The notes: generated by a model not told the origin, from the letters alone. 63,375 nucleotides of DNA, filler included, from Basidiobolus meristosporus CBS 931.73 (GCA_002104905.1; 4 parts of 4 records of this genome joined end to end with filler, not necessarily neighbours in it), one strand, 5' to 3'. Shown: positions 48,075 to 60,232, counted from the first letter of the whole stretch. A program made the numbers and translations.

Positions 48075-51000
48075 GATATGATAGTTACCATCATGAATAG
48101 CCTGACAGATAGGTTTCAGGGCCTTGTATCAGCCTTGGAGCCCAGAACTGAAGATTTGACCTTAAATTACATATATGGAAGGCTCCTGGATGAAGAATTA
48201 AGAAAATCAAGCGCCAATAAGAATGAAGAAGAATATGCTTTAGTAAGCAATGATAACCAACAACAAAGGTACCCAAGACTCTACAAAGGCAACAGCAACT
48301 TTTTTACAACTACTGCAAAAGGAAAGAACTGACATCAGACCGTTGTCTCAAAAAGAAAAATAATCAGCAAAAGATGCATGAATATGGGAATGCCGCAAAA
48401 ACTGAAGATAGACTAATCATATCTGCACTAAATATGACCACAAACAAGGATTCTCAGTTGTGGTAGAATGGCTCTGGAGCATCTCAACACTTTACACACC
48501 AAAAAGAACTTTTTACCCTATTTCAAGAAATTCCAATTAAGAAGGTTTTCATGCATGACAATAGAACACTTGATGCAGTGGGAGAAGGAACTATCCAAGT
48601 AAACCTAAGAAGCAGTGAAGGGAGCCATACCCTGACCTTTGAAGAAATACTCTACATACAAGAAATAGCCAAGAGCCTACTATCTGTAAGCAAGGCCATA
48701 GCAGAAGGACTCAGTTTCAGTTTTGACAATTCTGGATGCAGGGTCACTGATCAAAATGGTGCCCATGTTGCTTTAGGCATTAGAGATCCAAATATATACA
48801 AGTTGGCTTATATTCTATCATATCTGGGGGCCAATATAAGTAACTTTAATGAAGAAACACCAAAGCTTTGGCACAGGAGATTTGGACACATCAATTTTGA
48901 TTATTTGTTCAAAATGATCAAAGATCAGCTAATTTCTGGAGTAAAAATTCATCCCCTAGCTAGTTTGGAGCACTGTGAAGCCTGCATATATGGGAAACAA
49001 GCTAGACAATCATTCAAGAGCACTGGGCTATTCAAAACTGCAAAAAAATTAGATCTAATTCACTCAGTTCTGTGTGGATCTATGTAAAACTTATCCTTAG
49101 GTGGGATGAAGAATATGATCACTTTTATTGATAATCATACAAGATACACATGGTTCTACCTCATGGAGAGACAGGAAGAAGCTTTCTCTAAGCTCAGGAA
49201 GTTTAAAGCCAAGGTGGAGAGAGAAACTGGTGAAAAATCAAGAAAATACACTCTGACAAGGGTGGAGAATGTACCTCAAAACTCTCCATCAACTTCTGCA
49301 AAATTCATGGGATAAAGCAAGAGACTACTGTACCATACTCCCCACAGCAACATAGAGTAGCAGAATGTGCTAGCAGATAAATAATTAATATGGCAAGATT
49401 TATGATCCATTATCAAAAATTGTCCTATGATTGTTGGGCGGAATCAGTTACCACTGCTGTATATCTTAAAATAGGAGTCTTAGCAGGATACTCTGTGATA
49501 CCACTCCATTTGAAGCATGGTATGAATACAGACCAAGTGCAGAACATCCAAGAATATTTGAGTGTACAGCATATGCCAAAAAACTGCCCAGAAATCAGTC
49601 AAAATTTGAGCCAAAGATTGTAAAATGCATATTTTTGGGCTATTGCAGTGAGAATAAGGCATACAGACTCTACAATACCAACGCAAAGAAGCTGATCAAG
49701 TCCAGGGATGTGCTGTTTAATGAAAATTCAAAATTTTCACATAAGTGATAGTAGATGATGATGCAAATTTGATCTCAAGTCCACCAACAGTCAGGATCAA
49801 ATCAGAGCAAAACAATGAAAGCTTTTTCACTCCAGAGAACTCTACAACCATGGCTCAGCCAGAATCAGTACCCAGGAATATCTCAGAAGTGATCATTCCA
49901 GTATCAAATGCCAGGAGATCCAATTGGACAAGATATAGCCCAAATTCCTATATCAATGAGGGTACAAACTTAGCCTATGCCTATTCAGTCCATATTGATG
50001 AACCCCAGACAGTAAAAGAGGCCGTAAATAGCTCTCAGACAAAGTTTTGGAGACCTGCAATGACTGAGGAATATCAGGCCTGGATGGAAAATCAAACTTG
50101 GGACTTAGTCAAATTACCAATCAACCAGATATCAATTGGATGCAGATGGGTCTTTAAGACAAAATACAAGGCTGATGGTTCAGTTGGAAGATACAAAGCA
50201 AGACTTGTGGCCAAAGAATACTCTCAAACAAAAGGACTTGACTATACTGAGGCCTTTGCACTGGTAGCCAAGTTTTATTCCATCAGATTGATATTGGCTA
50301 TTGCAGCAAAATATAAGTTTTTTATTCATCAAATGGATGTAAAAACTGCATTTTTGAATGGAAAACCTGATGAGGATGTGTATATGGACCAGCCTGACGA
50401 GTTTGGTGACCAAGATAGCCCCCATTTGGTCTGCAAGCTTGCAAAATCTCTATATGGTCTAAAACAATTACCAGGAGCCTGGAATTGCAAGATAGAATCT
50501 TAATTGGAATCTTTGAGTTTCAAAAGGAGTAAGTCTGACTATAGTATATACTACAAGCCAGATAGAGCCAATCCAGGTCTATTAGCTCTATATGTGGATG
50601 ATCTTATTATAGCAGCCAATAACCTAGAAACCTTGGAAGAGACTAAATCCAGCCTATCTAAATAATTCAAGATGTCTGATCTAGGAGAACTCAGTTACTA
50701 CTTAGGGATTAAGTTCTCCATAGACAGAAGTACCCAGACTATCACCCTAAGCCAATCCAAGTATATTCAAGATATACTAAAAAAGCACCAAATGGACAAC
50801 TGTAAACCGGCAGCTATACCGATGGAGACAAACATTAACTTGGTCAATACACAACCATATCAAGAGAGCTTGGTGCCATCTGAAAGCCCTGACTTTCCTT
50901 ATCAGTCTATGGTTGGTAGTCTGATGTATATTATGCTTGTAACACGTCCAGATATCCCATATTCAGTGGGAGTTGTCAGCCAGCATAATCAGAACTGTGG

Positions 51001-51928
51001 ATCTGATCATCTTGCAGCAGTTAAGTGGATTTTTAGATATTTAAAAGGAGCTGCTGATATTTGCTTAAGATACACTTATAAGGATTTAGAACAGGATCTT
51101 GTGGGATACTCTGATGATGAATGGGGACAAAACTTAGAAGACAAAAGATCCACCACAGGATACACCTTTCTTTACACTCAAGGAGCAAGTTCATGGAATT
51201 CAAGAAAGCAACCAACCATAGAAATTTCTACCACAGAGGCAGAGTATATGGCAGCCTGTGAAGCAACAAAAGAAGCAATGTGGCTAAGAAAGCTTTTTAC
51301 AGATTTAGTCCTATGTCAAAAACTGCCTATCACTTTATTTCAAGAAAATTAAGGATGTATCCAATTAGGTAGAAGTCCAACTTTCATGCTAGAACTAAGC
51401 CTATAGATATTAGATATCATTTCATACATGAAGCTATAGAGAACAACCTAGTTAGCTTAGTTTACTTCCTTCAGATGAAATGATTGCAGACATATTGACC
51501 ACACCATTAGCTGGAGACAAGTTTGAATATCTTAGGTCAAAATTAGGACTAGTCAGTAGGAACATTTAGCTGAGTGGGAGTGTTGTAAAATTTTGTAATT
51601 CCACCTAAATATTCACATAACTTAGTCACTCAGATCATTACCTTCATATCCTAGAGAATACTGACCAAATTCCTTGTAGGGATTTACTTAAAATATTTTC
51701 ACCAAAATACCCGGTACCCAGAACATGAAAATTCTCAAAGTTGTCCAAATAGCCCCAAGCATTGCACACATGTTCTTGGGACCTTCCTGAATCTATTGTA
51801 CATATGTGTTATGCCAAGATCATGTAAAAGTATAAAAACTACTTTACATTCAATAAATCATTAAGTGAAAACTGCATAATCTACTTGTTGTCCCAATCAC
51901 TGCTAATATCTGCAAGACTCTTACAACA
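47726..51928 (+). mobile_element. Copia element C, degenerate; shares LTR 47726-48074, lacks PBS and gag N-terminus, 3' LTR 51581-51928
   Basis: The LTR end runs straight into mid-gag (IVTIMNSLTDRF). Protease, integrase, RT and RNase H fragments follow in order. Confidence 0.88.
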
Positions 51929-51937
51929 ACTTACAGG

Positions 51938-53798
51938 CAGTTTCTTGGCATATGTTGTATACCCAAATATTCTTAGATATTCTGCACTTGGTCCGTACCT
52001 ATATCATGCTTTAAATGGAGTAGAATCACAAAGTATTCTGTTATAACTCCTATGTTTAAGGTATACAGTAGTGGCAACTGATTCTGTCCAATAATCATAG
52101 GATAATTTTTGCTCATGGATCATAGATCTTGCCATATCAGTTATATATCTGTTAGCATGTTCTGCTACTTCATCTTTCTGTGTGGAGAATGGTACAGTGG
52201 TCTCTGCTTTATCCCATAAATTTTGCAGAAGTGGATGAAGAGTTTTGAGGTATATTCTCCACCATTGTCAGAGCGTATTTTCTTGATTTTTTCACCAGTT
52301 TCTCTCTCCACCATGGCTTTAGACTCCCTGAGCTTAGCAAAAGCTTCTGCCTTTCTCTCCATGAAGTAGACCCATGTTTATCTTGTATGATTATCAATAA
52401 AAGTGATTAGATACTTCATCCCACCTAAGGATAAATTTTGCATAAGTCCACACAGATCTGAGTGAATTAGATCTAAATTTTTTGCATTTTTGATTAGCCC
52501 AGAGCTCTTGAACAGTTGTCTGGCTTGCTTCCCATATATTCTGGTCTTACAGTGCTCCAAATTAGCTGGGTGATCATTTTTTACTCTGGATATTAGCTGA
52601 TCTTTGATCATTTTGTGCAAATAATCAAAATTGATGTGTCTAAATCTCCTATGCCAAAGCATTTGTGTTTCTTCATTTAAGTTACTTATATTGGCTACCA
52701 GATATGATGGAATATAAGTCAACTTGCATAGATTTGGATCTCTGATGCCCAAAGCAATATGAGCACCATTTTGATCAGTGATCCTGCATCCAGAATTGTC
52801 AAAACTGAAACTGAGTCCTTCTGCTGTGGCCTTGCTTACAGAGAGTAGGTTCCTGGCTATTTCTGGTACATAGAGTACTTCATCAAAGGTCAGTGTATGG
52901 CTTACTTCACTGCTTCTAAGGTTTACTTGGATAGTTCCTTCTCCCACTACATCAAGTGTTCTATTGTCACCCATGAAAACCTTCTTAGTTGGAATTTTTG
53001 AAATAGGGTAAAAGTTCTTTTTGGTGTGTAAAGTGTTGAGATGCTCCAAAGTCAATATACCACATATGAGAATTCTTGTTTGTGGTTGTTTTTAGTGCAG
53101 ATATGAGTAGTCTATCTTCAGTTGTTGCAGCATTTCCATATTCAAGCTTCTTTTACTGATTATTTCTCTTTTTGAGACACTGGTCTGATGTGTGTCCTTT
53201 CCTTTTGCAGCAGTTGCAAAACAGGTTGCTGTTGCCGTTGTAGGGGCTTGGGTGCCTCCTTTGTTGGTTATCATTGCTTATGAAAGCATTTTCTTCTTCC
53301 TTCTTATTGGCGCTTGATTTTCTTAATTCTTCATCCAGGAGCCTTCCATATATGTAATTTATGGTCAAATCTTCAGTTCAGCAGAGGGAAAAATTCCAGT
53401 AATAGCAGTAGTAGACATTGCAGAGAGTGACAGCTTGGGGCTCATAACCTGTTGTAAGAGTCTTGGAGATATTGGAAGCAATTGGGAGAACAAGTGGATT
53501 ATGTGGTTTTCACTTAATGATTTATTGAATGTAAAAGTAGTATTTATACTTTTACCTGGTCTTGGCATTACCAACATGTAGAATAGGTTAAGGAAGGTCC
53601 CAAGAACATGTGTGCAAAGTTTGGGGCTGTTTGGACATCTTTGAGAATTTTCATGTTCTGGGTACCTGGTATTTTGGTGAAAATATTCTAAGTAAATCCC
53701 AACAAGGAATTTGGTCAGTATTCTCTAGAATTTGAAGGTGATGATCTAAGTGACTAAGTTAGGTGAATATTTAGGTGGAATTATGAATTTTTACAACA
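51938..53798 (-). mobile_element. Copia element D, 5' part: LTR 53450-53798, PBS, internally deleted gag, protease, truncated integrase
   Basis: ORFs 53153-53368, 52378-53055 and 52165-52362. The gag deletion joins ...PSAE to ...TEDLT. Confidence 0.88.
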
Positions 53799-55590
53799 CT
53801 CCCACTCAGCTAAATGTTCATACTGACTAGTCCTAATTTTGACCTAAGATATTCAAACTTGTCTCCAGCTAATGGTGTGGTCAATATGTCTGCAATCATT
53901 TCATCTGTAGGACAGTAAACTAAGCTAACTAAGTTATTCTCTATAGCTTCACGTATGAAATGATGTCTAATATCTATGTGCTTAGTTCTAGCATGAAAGC
54001 TGGATTTCTATCTAATTGTATACATCCTTGATTATCTTGAAATAAAGTAATAGGCTTTTTTGACACAGGCCTAAATCTGTAAACAGCTTTCTTAACCACA
54101 TTGCTTCTTTTGTAGCTTCACAGGCTGCAATGTACTCTGCCTCTGTGGTAGAAAGTGTTACGGTTGGTTGCTTTCTTGAATTCCATGAAATTCCTCCTTT
54201 ACAGTAAAGAAAGGTGTATCCTGTAGTGGATCATCTGTCTTCTAAATTTTGTCCCCAATCTGCATCAGAGTATCCCACAAGATCTTGTTCTGAGTCCTTA
54301 TAAGTGTATCTTAAGCCAATATCAGCAGTTCCATTTAGGTATCTAAAAATCCGCTTAACTGCTGCAATATGATCAGATTCATAGTTCTGATTATGTTGGC
54401 TGACAACTTCCACTGAATATGAGATATCTGGACGTGTTCCAAGCATGATATACATCAGACTGCCGATCATAGATTGATAAGGAAAGTCAGGGCTTTCAGA
54501 TGGCACCAAGCTCTCTTGATTTGGTTGAGTTTTGACCAAGTTAAGGTTTGTCTCCATTGGGGTGGCTGCCGGTTTACAGTCTTCCATTTTGTACTTCTTT
54601 AGTATATCTTGAATATACTTGGATTGGCTTAGGGTGATAGTCTGGGTACTTCTGTCTATGGAGAACTTAATCCCTAAGTAGTAACTAAGTTCTCCTAGAT
54701 TAGACATTTTGAACTCCTTAGATAGGCTGGATTTAGTCTCTTCCAATGTTTCTAGGTTATTGGCGGCTATAATAAGATCATCCACATATAGAGCTAATAG
54801 AACTGAATTTGCTCTATCTGGCTTATAGTATATATTATAGTCAGCATTACTTCTTTTGAAACTCAAAGATTCCAAATAAGAATCTATCTTCCAATTCCAG
54901 GCTCTTGGTGATTGTTTGAGACTATATAGTGACTTTTTAAGCTTGCAGACCAAATGGGGGTTATTTTGGTCAACAAACCCATCAGGCTGGTCCATATACA
55001 CATCCTCATCAGGTTTTGCATTCAAAAATGCAGTTTTTACATCCATTTGATGAATAAAAAACTTATATTTTGCTGCAATAGCCAAAATTAATCTGATGGA
55101 ATTAAACTTGGCTACCGGTGCAAAGGTCTCAGTATAGTCAAGCCCTTTTGTTTGAGAGTATCCTTTGGCTACAAGTCTTGCTTTGTATCCTTCAATTGTA
55201 CCATCAGCCTTGTGTTTTGTCTTGAAGACCCATCTGCATCCAATTGATTTTTGGTTGATTGGTAATTTGACTAAGTCCCAAGTTTGATTTTCCATCAGTG
55301 CCTGATATTGCTCAGTCATTGCAGATCTCCAAAGCTTTGTCTGAGGACTATTTAGGGCCTCTTTTACAGTCTGGGGTTCATCAACATGGACTGAATAGGC
55401 ATAGGCTAAGTTTGTACCCTCATTGATATAGGAATTTGGGCTATATCTTGTCCAATTGGATCTCCTGGCATTTGATACTGGAATGATCACTTCTGAGATA
55501 TTCCTGGGTACTGATTCTGGCTGAACCACGGTTGTAGAGTCCTCTGGAGTGAAAAAATTTTCATTGTTTTGCTCTGATTCAATCCTGACA
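53450..55590 (-). mobile_element. Copia element E, 3' part (RT-RNase H-PPT) ending in LTR 53450-53798; 5' side lost in gap
   Basis: ORF 54231-55529 (432 aa RT); PPT adjacent to the LTR at 53799-53807. Confidence 0.9.
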
Positions 55591-55690
55591 NNNNNNNNNN
55601 NNNNNNNNNNNNNNNNNNNNNNNNNNNNNNNNNNTTAATTAATTAANNNNNNNNNNNNNNNNNNNNNNNNNNNNNNNNNNNNNNNNNNNN
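55591..55690. other. Assembly gap (100 bp) with linker
   Basis: N runs flanking TTAATTAATTAA. Confidence 0.97.
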
Positions 55691-55849
55691 GAGATTTTTA
55701 AGCTTGAGGACCAAATGGGGGTTATCTTGATTAACAAGCCCATCAGGATGGTCCATGAACATGTCCTCATCAAGTTCTCCATTCAAATGCAGTTCTTGCA
55801 TCCATTTGATGAAAAAAAACTTGTACTTTGCAGCAACACCTTATGAAAA

Positions 55850-56200
55850 ATAAATTGGTCCTGTGGGTAGATCCAATCCAGATCAGCTGTCAAGATCTTA
55901 TAAGGAAACCACTATAATACCAGTAGCTTGACATTAATGACCATATAAACTATTTTACAACAGGATCACAAAGGCATTTGGATAATTCTACAGCCAAATA
56001 AAAATAAAAAACATAACAGTGTTTGTATGGTGTTTTGACAAGGGTGGCATGGCATTGTTGTGGTTTTAGTGCACTCTATAGCTCTTTGAGTGGATCTAAC
56101 CAGCCAGTACATCCAAATGACAGCCTTGTTGCAGGCCTCCAATGGCATTATTTTGGCAGTATTTCAACCTACAGCTAGTTCTGTATAATGCTACTGGCTT
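55850..56200. repeat. Repeat family X, partial third copy
   Basis: Aligns by eye with 22630-23000 (ATCCAATCCAGATCAGCTGTCA, GGCATTGTTGTGGT, ACAGCCTTGTTGCA.GCCTC). Confidence 0.7.
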
Positions 56201-56221
56201 AAGCAACTTATCATTGGTGAT

Positions 56222-56371
56222 GGAAACCTAACACCAGAGGAGATACTGTTATTCAAGGAGACCTTGAAAAGGTATGATAAGGTCTTCTCATATAATGACA
56301 AGGAGATGGGACTCTTAAAGACATTGGTTGAAAAACCCATCAAGATTCATACAGTGCCCCACACACCCTGG
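56222..56371 (+). pseudogene. Fragment of a gypsy pol (segment just before RT), cut off next to the copia F LTR
   Basis: GNLTPEEILLFKETLKRYDKVFSYNDKEMGLLKTLVEKPIKIHTVPHTPW resembles the pre-RT ...F......E.G........P..I.TVPH.PW motif of fungal gypsy elements. Confidence 0.65.
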
Positions 56372-56997
56372 TCATTTTGTTGTAAGAGTCTTGGAGATAT
56401 TGGAAGTGATTGGGAGAACAAGTAGATTATGTGGTTTTCACTTAATCATTTATTGAATGTAAAAGTAGTATTTATACTTTTACCTGGTCTTGGCATTACA
56501 AACACGTAGAATAGGTTAAGGAAGGTCCCAAGAACATGTGTGCAAAGTTTGGGGCTGTTTGGACAACTTTGAGAATTTTCATGTTCTGGGTACCTGGTAT
56601 TTTGGTGAAAATATTCTAAGTAAATCCCAACAAGGAATTTGGTCAGTATTCTCTAGGATTTGAAGGTGGTGATCTAAGTGACTAAGTTAGGTGAATATTT
56701 AGGTGGAAAATACAAATTTTTACAACACTCCCACTCAGCTAAATGTTCATACTGACTAGTCCTAATTTTGACCTAAGATATTCAAACTTGTCTCTAGCTA
56801 ATGGTTTGGTAAATAGACTTGTTCCGTTGGATAGTGCCACATAGTGCCAGCCTGTTTATAGTGCCGGATTGATCTGGCACCCTATGGCACTATCTGGCAC
56901 TATAATTTCTACCACAATGCCAGTGGTATGATACAGTTACTGGTAATTTTACTCAATCTTACTTATGTTGCTCAGAATAGTGCTTTCCTTGCTTTAT

Positions 56998-57882
56998 TTA
57001 CTCTTCATAATGCTCCAGACACATTTCTCTCAGTGGATGTCTTCTTGTATGAACATACTGTGCATTAATAAGTATCTTAACTATTTTACCTATCCTGCTG
57101 TTTTCACCTATATATGACTTTCCTCTGTATTTACCTGCCAATATGCTGAATCTCTTCAGATATCCAAATGTGTGCTCTACCCTCACTCTGAAATGATTAA
57201 ATATCTCATTGTAGAGCTTCTGCTTCCTGCTAAGCACACCATTCCTTGGCTTCCTATAAGCTGTAATACATCCTAATCTCTGACAATCCTCTCCTATATA
57301 GGCTAAGTCTGCCATACATTTCTCCCCTCTACTGAATTCAGGATGATTCTCTACCCAGAGTGCTTTGTCATGCCTACTTCCAGCAAATGGCCCACTAAAC
57401 CAGATGATGTTGCCCTCAATGTCAGACAGTGCTTGAAACTTCACACAGTGTGCCTTGTACTTGCCAGAATAAAAGTGCCTCTGCCCTCTAGAAGGTCTGT
57501 TAATCCTCACTGGGAAGGTATCCAAAATACTCCTGATATGGAACCTGTTGCTGAACACTCTGGGATATGGAAGTCTATTGGAGCTTCTGAACCTAGTATT
57601 CCAAGCTTGCTCTAAGTCATTCATACCCTCTGCAAGGTGGTTCTCCATTGCTGTCAGCTGGGAATGAAAGCTTCTAGGACTTTTGTTGCCATGGATGGTG
57701 GGATGAAACCTTGTAGGGCAATAGTTCTTGTAATAGCAGAGAAGCTTAACAAGGGATCTCCTTGAGTAGATTGGGGTTGATGGTCCACAGTACTTGGTAT
57801 AGATCTCCTCCAGTGTGTCAAAAGGAAATCCAGTGGTAGTGATGGGATTGATGAGAAAAGACCATTCAGATGAGTAAGTCAT
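56998..57882 (-). CDS. DDE transposase (DDE_Tnp_4 / Harbinger-IS5 type), 294 aa
   Basis: SILDTFP.RI.RP, FYSGKYKAHCVKFQ, G.I...SGPF.GS.HD, MADLAYIG, RKP, RVRVEHTFGYLKRF. The acidic catalytic residues are present. Confidence 0.92.
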   Translation of the reverse strand: MTYSSEWSFLINPITTTGFPFDTLEEIYTKYCGPSTPIYSRRSLVKLLCYYKNYCPTRFHPTIHGNKSPRSFHSQLTAMENHLAEGMNDLEQAWNTRFRSSNRLPYPRVFSNRFHIRSILDTFPVRINRPSRGQRHFYSGKYKAHCVKFQALSDIEGNIIWFSGPFAGSRHDKALWVENHPEFSRGEKCMADLAYIGEDCQRLGCITAYRKPRNGVLSRKQKLYNEIFNHFRVRVEHTFGYLKRFSILAGKYRGKSYIGENSRIGKIVKILINAQYVHTRRHPLREMCLEHYEE

Positions 57883-58334
57883 ATTAAAATTGATGGATGA
57901 TTGTATAAAGGCGGTTTGAATCGATTCGGCGCGATCCGCCTTATTTATCTGATTTTTAACACATTATGGTTAAATCTCCATCAATTGCCATGTATCCCAT
58001 CATTATGTCGCAAAAATCATCCGCAAACAATGCCTTGGTACTTTTATTGATGCTTTAATCATAGGTCTATAATCAAATAGGAAATCTGCGATTGATGTGA
58101 TCTGATCTGTGTCAACGCGATCCAAGATGCATCATGCATAATATATGGAAAAATCAACAATCACATTAGTTTTCATATATATTTCATATAAGACCAGGTT
58201 GATGCCAATATACTGCTGTATAAGTATCCAAATCCATTGCTATGGTCCCCATACCAAGCCTCAACTCATCTTTAGTACAACCCAGACAAAACCCATCCCC
58301 CAGCTCACAAGCGCGGTCCGGACCGGAAAAGTCG

Positions 58335-59489
58335 ATGTCGGATCCGTTTGAGTTCTTGCCAAATGATTTTAGTATGGCCCAAGTGTCTATGATGAGCCTT
58401 CATACAGATATTTGGGCACTACTGATTAATCTAGCAGAACTAGATACCTCAGAGAGTCGACAAAGATGGAAGAATTTGAGTAGAAAGCTGTGGCATGAGT
58501 TCTACATCAAGATGCCAGCCGATGTATGTAAAAAGATATATAACAAGACAAGTATTGAAATCAAGAATGAGCTGAGAGTGAGGGGATTTGACGAAGAAGC
58601 CGCGCGGGAACAATTTCGCGCGCAATTTGCACAGTACGGGCCGGACGCGTCCGTTTGTGCCTCAACTTTGGGAACCAAAGAGATTTTGAATGAGTTTTTG
58701 CCTCAAATGACTAATGTACTACGTGATATATTAGTAGAGCTAAGTGGCTTCCGAGAGCAATATACACAGGACTCATCCAGGCAACAGCTCCAAAGTATCA
58801 GACAGAGGGTAAGTGAATACCTTGAGGAATCAGATGGTGAGCTTCAGGAGGAAGAATACAGACCGCGGGCAACATCGTCCAGATCGCGCCAGCACGCCTT
58901 GCTGGATTCCCTACCATCTCTTGCAACCACAGCGCGCTGGCGCACGTCAGTCCAGACCACGCCAACACCCTTTACCAGAACGCCCCGCGTTGAGTCAACG
59001 CGCGTCGGGTCAACGCGCGCGCTTCAGAGCAAAACTACAAGAACTCGCCAAACTGCTCATTTAGACACAAGTCCATTGGAGCGGACCGACTCGCGTCAAC
59101 ATGCGGCATCCCATCAAACTCAGCCAAGGGCCATCTCAACGCGTCAAGGCGTGCCTGTGCGTGCCGTTTTGCCCGACCATCAGCGAGTTACTTCTGGTGA
59201 ACTGACTGACGATGACCAACATGAAGTGCCTCAACCACCAGAGCCCTTGGCAAGTAAAAGAACGCGTCAGCGCGTGGCACTACAGGCCGGTTCAGTTAGT
59301 TCAGTCGGAGCGATTCAGCGCGGCCAAGCTGCAGCATTGCAGTCATCAACTAGGAGGCAAAATACTGACTACGAATACACAAGTAGCCAAGATGATAGTC
59401 AGCCTGGAAGTAGTATAGGTGGGCAAAGTGAGTCACTACCAAATGCTTCAGTAGTAATCCCTGTGAGAAAAAAACCCAGGAGAAGATGA
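58335..59489 (+). CDS. Harbinger partner protein: putative Myb/SANT-like N-terminal domain, low-complexity middle, basic C-terminal NLS-like tail
   Basis: RWKNLSRKLWHEF....P..VCKKIYNK is a trihelix-like pattern; the protein ends PVRKKPRRR. It lies inside the TIRs. The start may be 58242 or 58335. Confidence 0.7.
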   Translation: MSDPFEFLPNDFSMAQVSMMSLHTDIWALLINLAELDTSESRQRWKNLSRKLWHEFYIKMPADVCKKIYNKTSIEIKNELRVRGFDEEAAREQFRAQFAQYGPDASVCASTLGTKEILNEFLPQMTNVLRDILVELSGFREQYTQDSSRQQLQSIRQRVSEYLEESDGELQEEEYRPRATSSRSRQHALLDSLPSLATTARWRTSVQTTPTPFTRTPRVESTRVGSTRALQSKTTRTRQTAHLDTSPLERTDSRQHAASHQTQPRAISTRQGVPVRAVLPDHQRVTSGELTDDDQHEVPQPPEPLASKRTRQRVALQAGSVSSVGAIQRGQAAALQSSTRRQNTDYEYTSSQDDSQPGSSIGGQSESLPNASVVIPVRKKPRRR

Positions 59490-60232
59490 TGCGATCGCTT
59501 TGAATTGCTCACATTTGTAATGATCCCGACAACCCTTTTTTTTTGCAATCCGAATCGAGCCATCGCAAATCAGTGATCATCAAATTTTTGATATAAGTAA
59601 TATCAAGGTCGTCTCACATTTGAGACAGAACCCCTATAAATAAACACCCTGCATATATATACGTCATCTGTAATACCAGTGCAGCAATTGGATCTGTTCC
59701 GCACCTACACAATCGCTTGTGTGCTAGCTATGACACCTTGCCCAATCACTAGGATCAGGGATTTACTTGCTCAATGGGCAAAATGGGATATTTGTTGGCG
59801 AATCAGGTAGCTTTTTTAGTAGTCAATGAGCCAATTGGGGGATGCCAGCTTCAGGATACTTTTGGACCAATTAACCACTGAGATACCGTCCAATTGGAGT
59901 GAGGGTAACCAAAATGGTAAGTATCAGTATAGTTTATAGTGTGATACACATTTATTTCCATTTACATTAAAGAAACATATCCAAATACCGGATTTTACCT
60001 GCCATTATAGCGGTATCCAATCGCGCACGTGATGCAAACATTACGAGTTGGCGCAATCATCCGTGCCAACCTCATCGTGTCAGATTGTGCCATAGTGTGC
60101 GAGATCGTCCCGCATAGTGCGAAATCGTCCAAGAGCAATCCTGTCTTCTGGTAGCCATAATATCGCGCCCGGTCGTTCTTTGCGACCGCGGATTGCGCCG
60201 CGCGCCCTCGCACGGTACAATGGAACAAGTCT

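Larger units (their letters stand above)
56815..60232. mobile_element. Complete PIF/Harbinger-like (IS5/ISL2-related) DNA transposon, 3418 bp
   Basis: 15-bp TIRs AGACTTGTTCCGTTG / CAATGGAACAAGTCT (1 mismatch); 3-bp TSD AAT (56812-56814, 60233-60235); two divergent ORFs. Confidence 0.93.

Noticed and set aside
59995-60232. Novel C-terminal extension (LDLFHCTVRG...) on the 1101-aa copia ORF
   Set aside because: This is read-through into the Harbinger-like terminus after the insertion point, not an evolved fusion.
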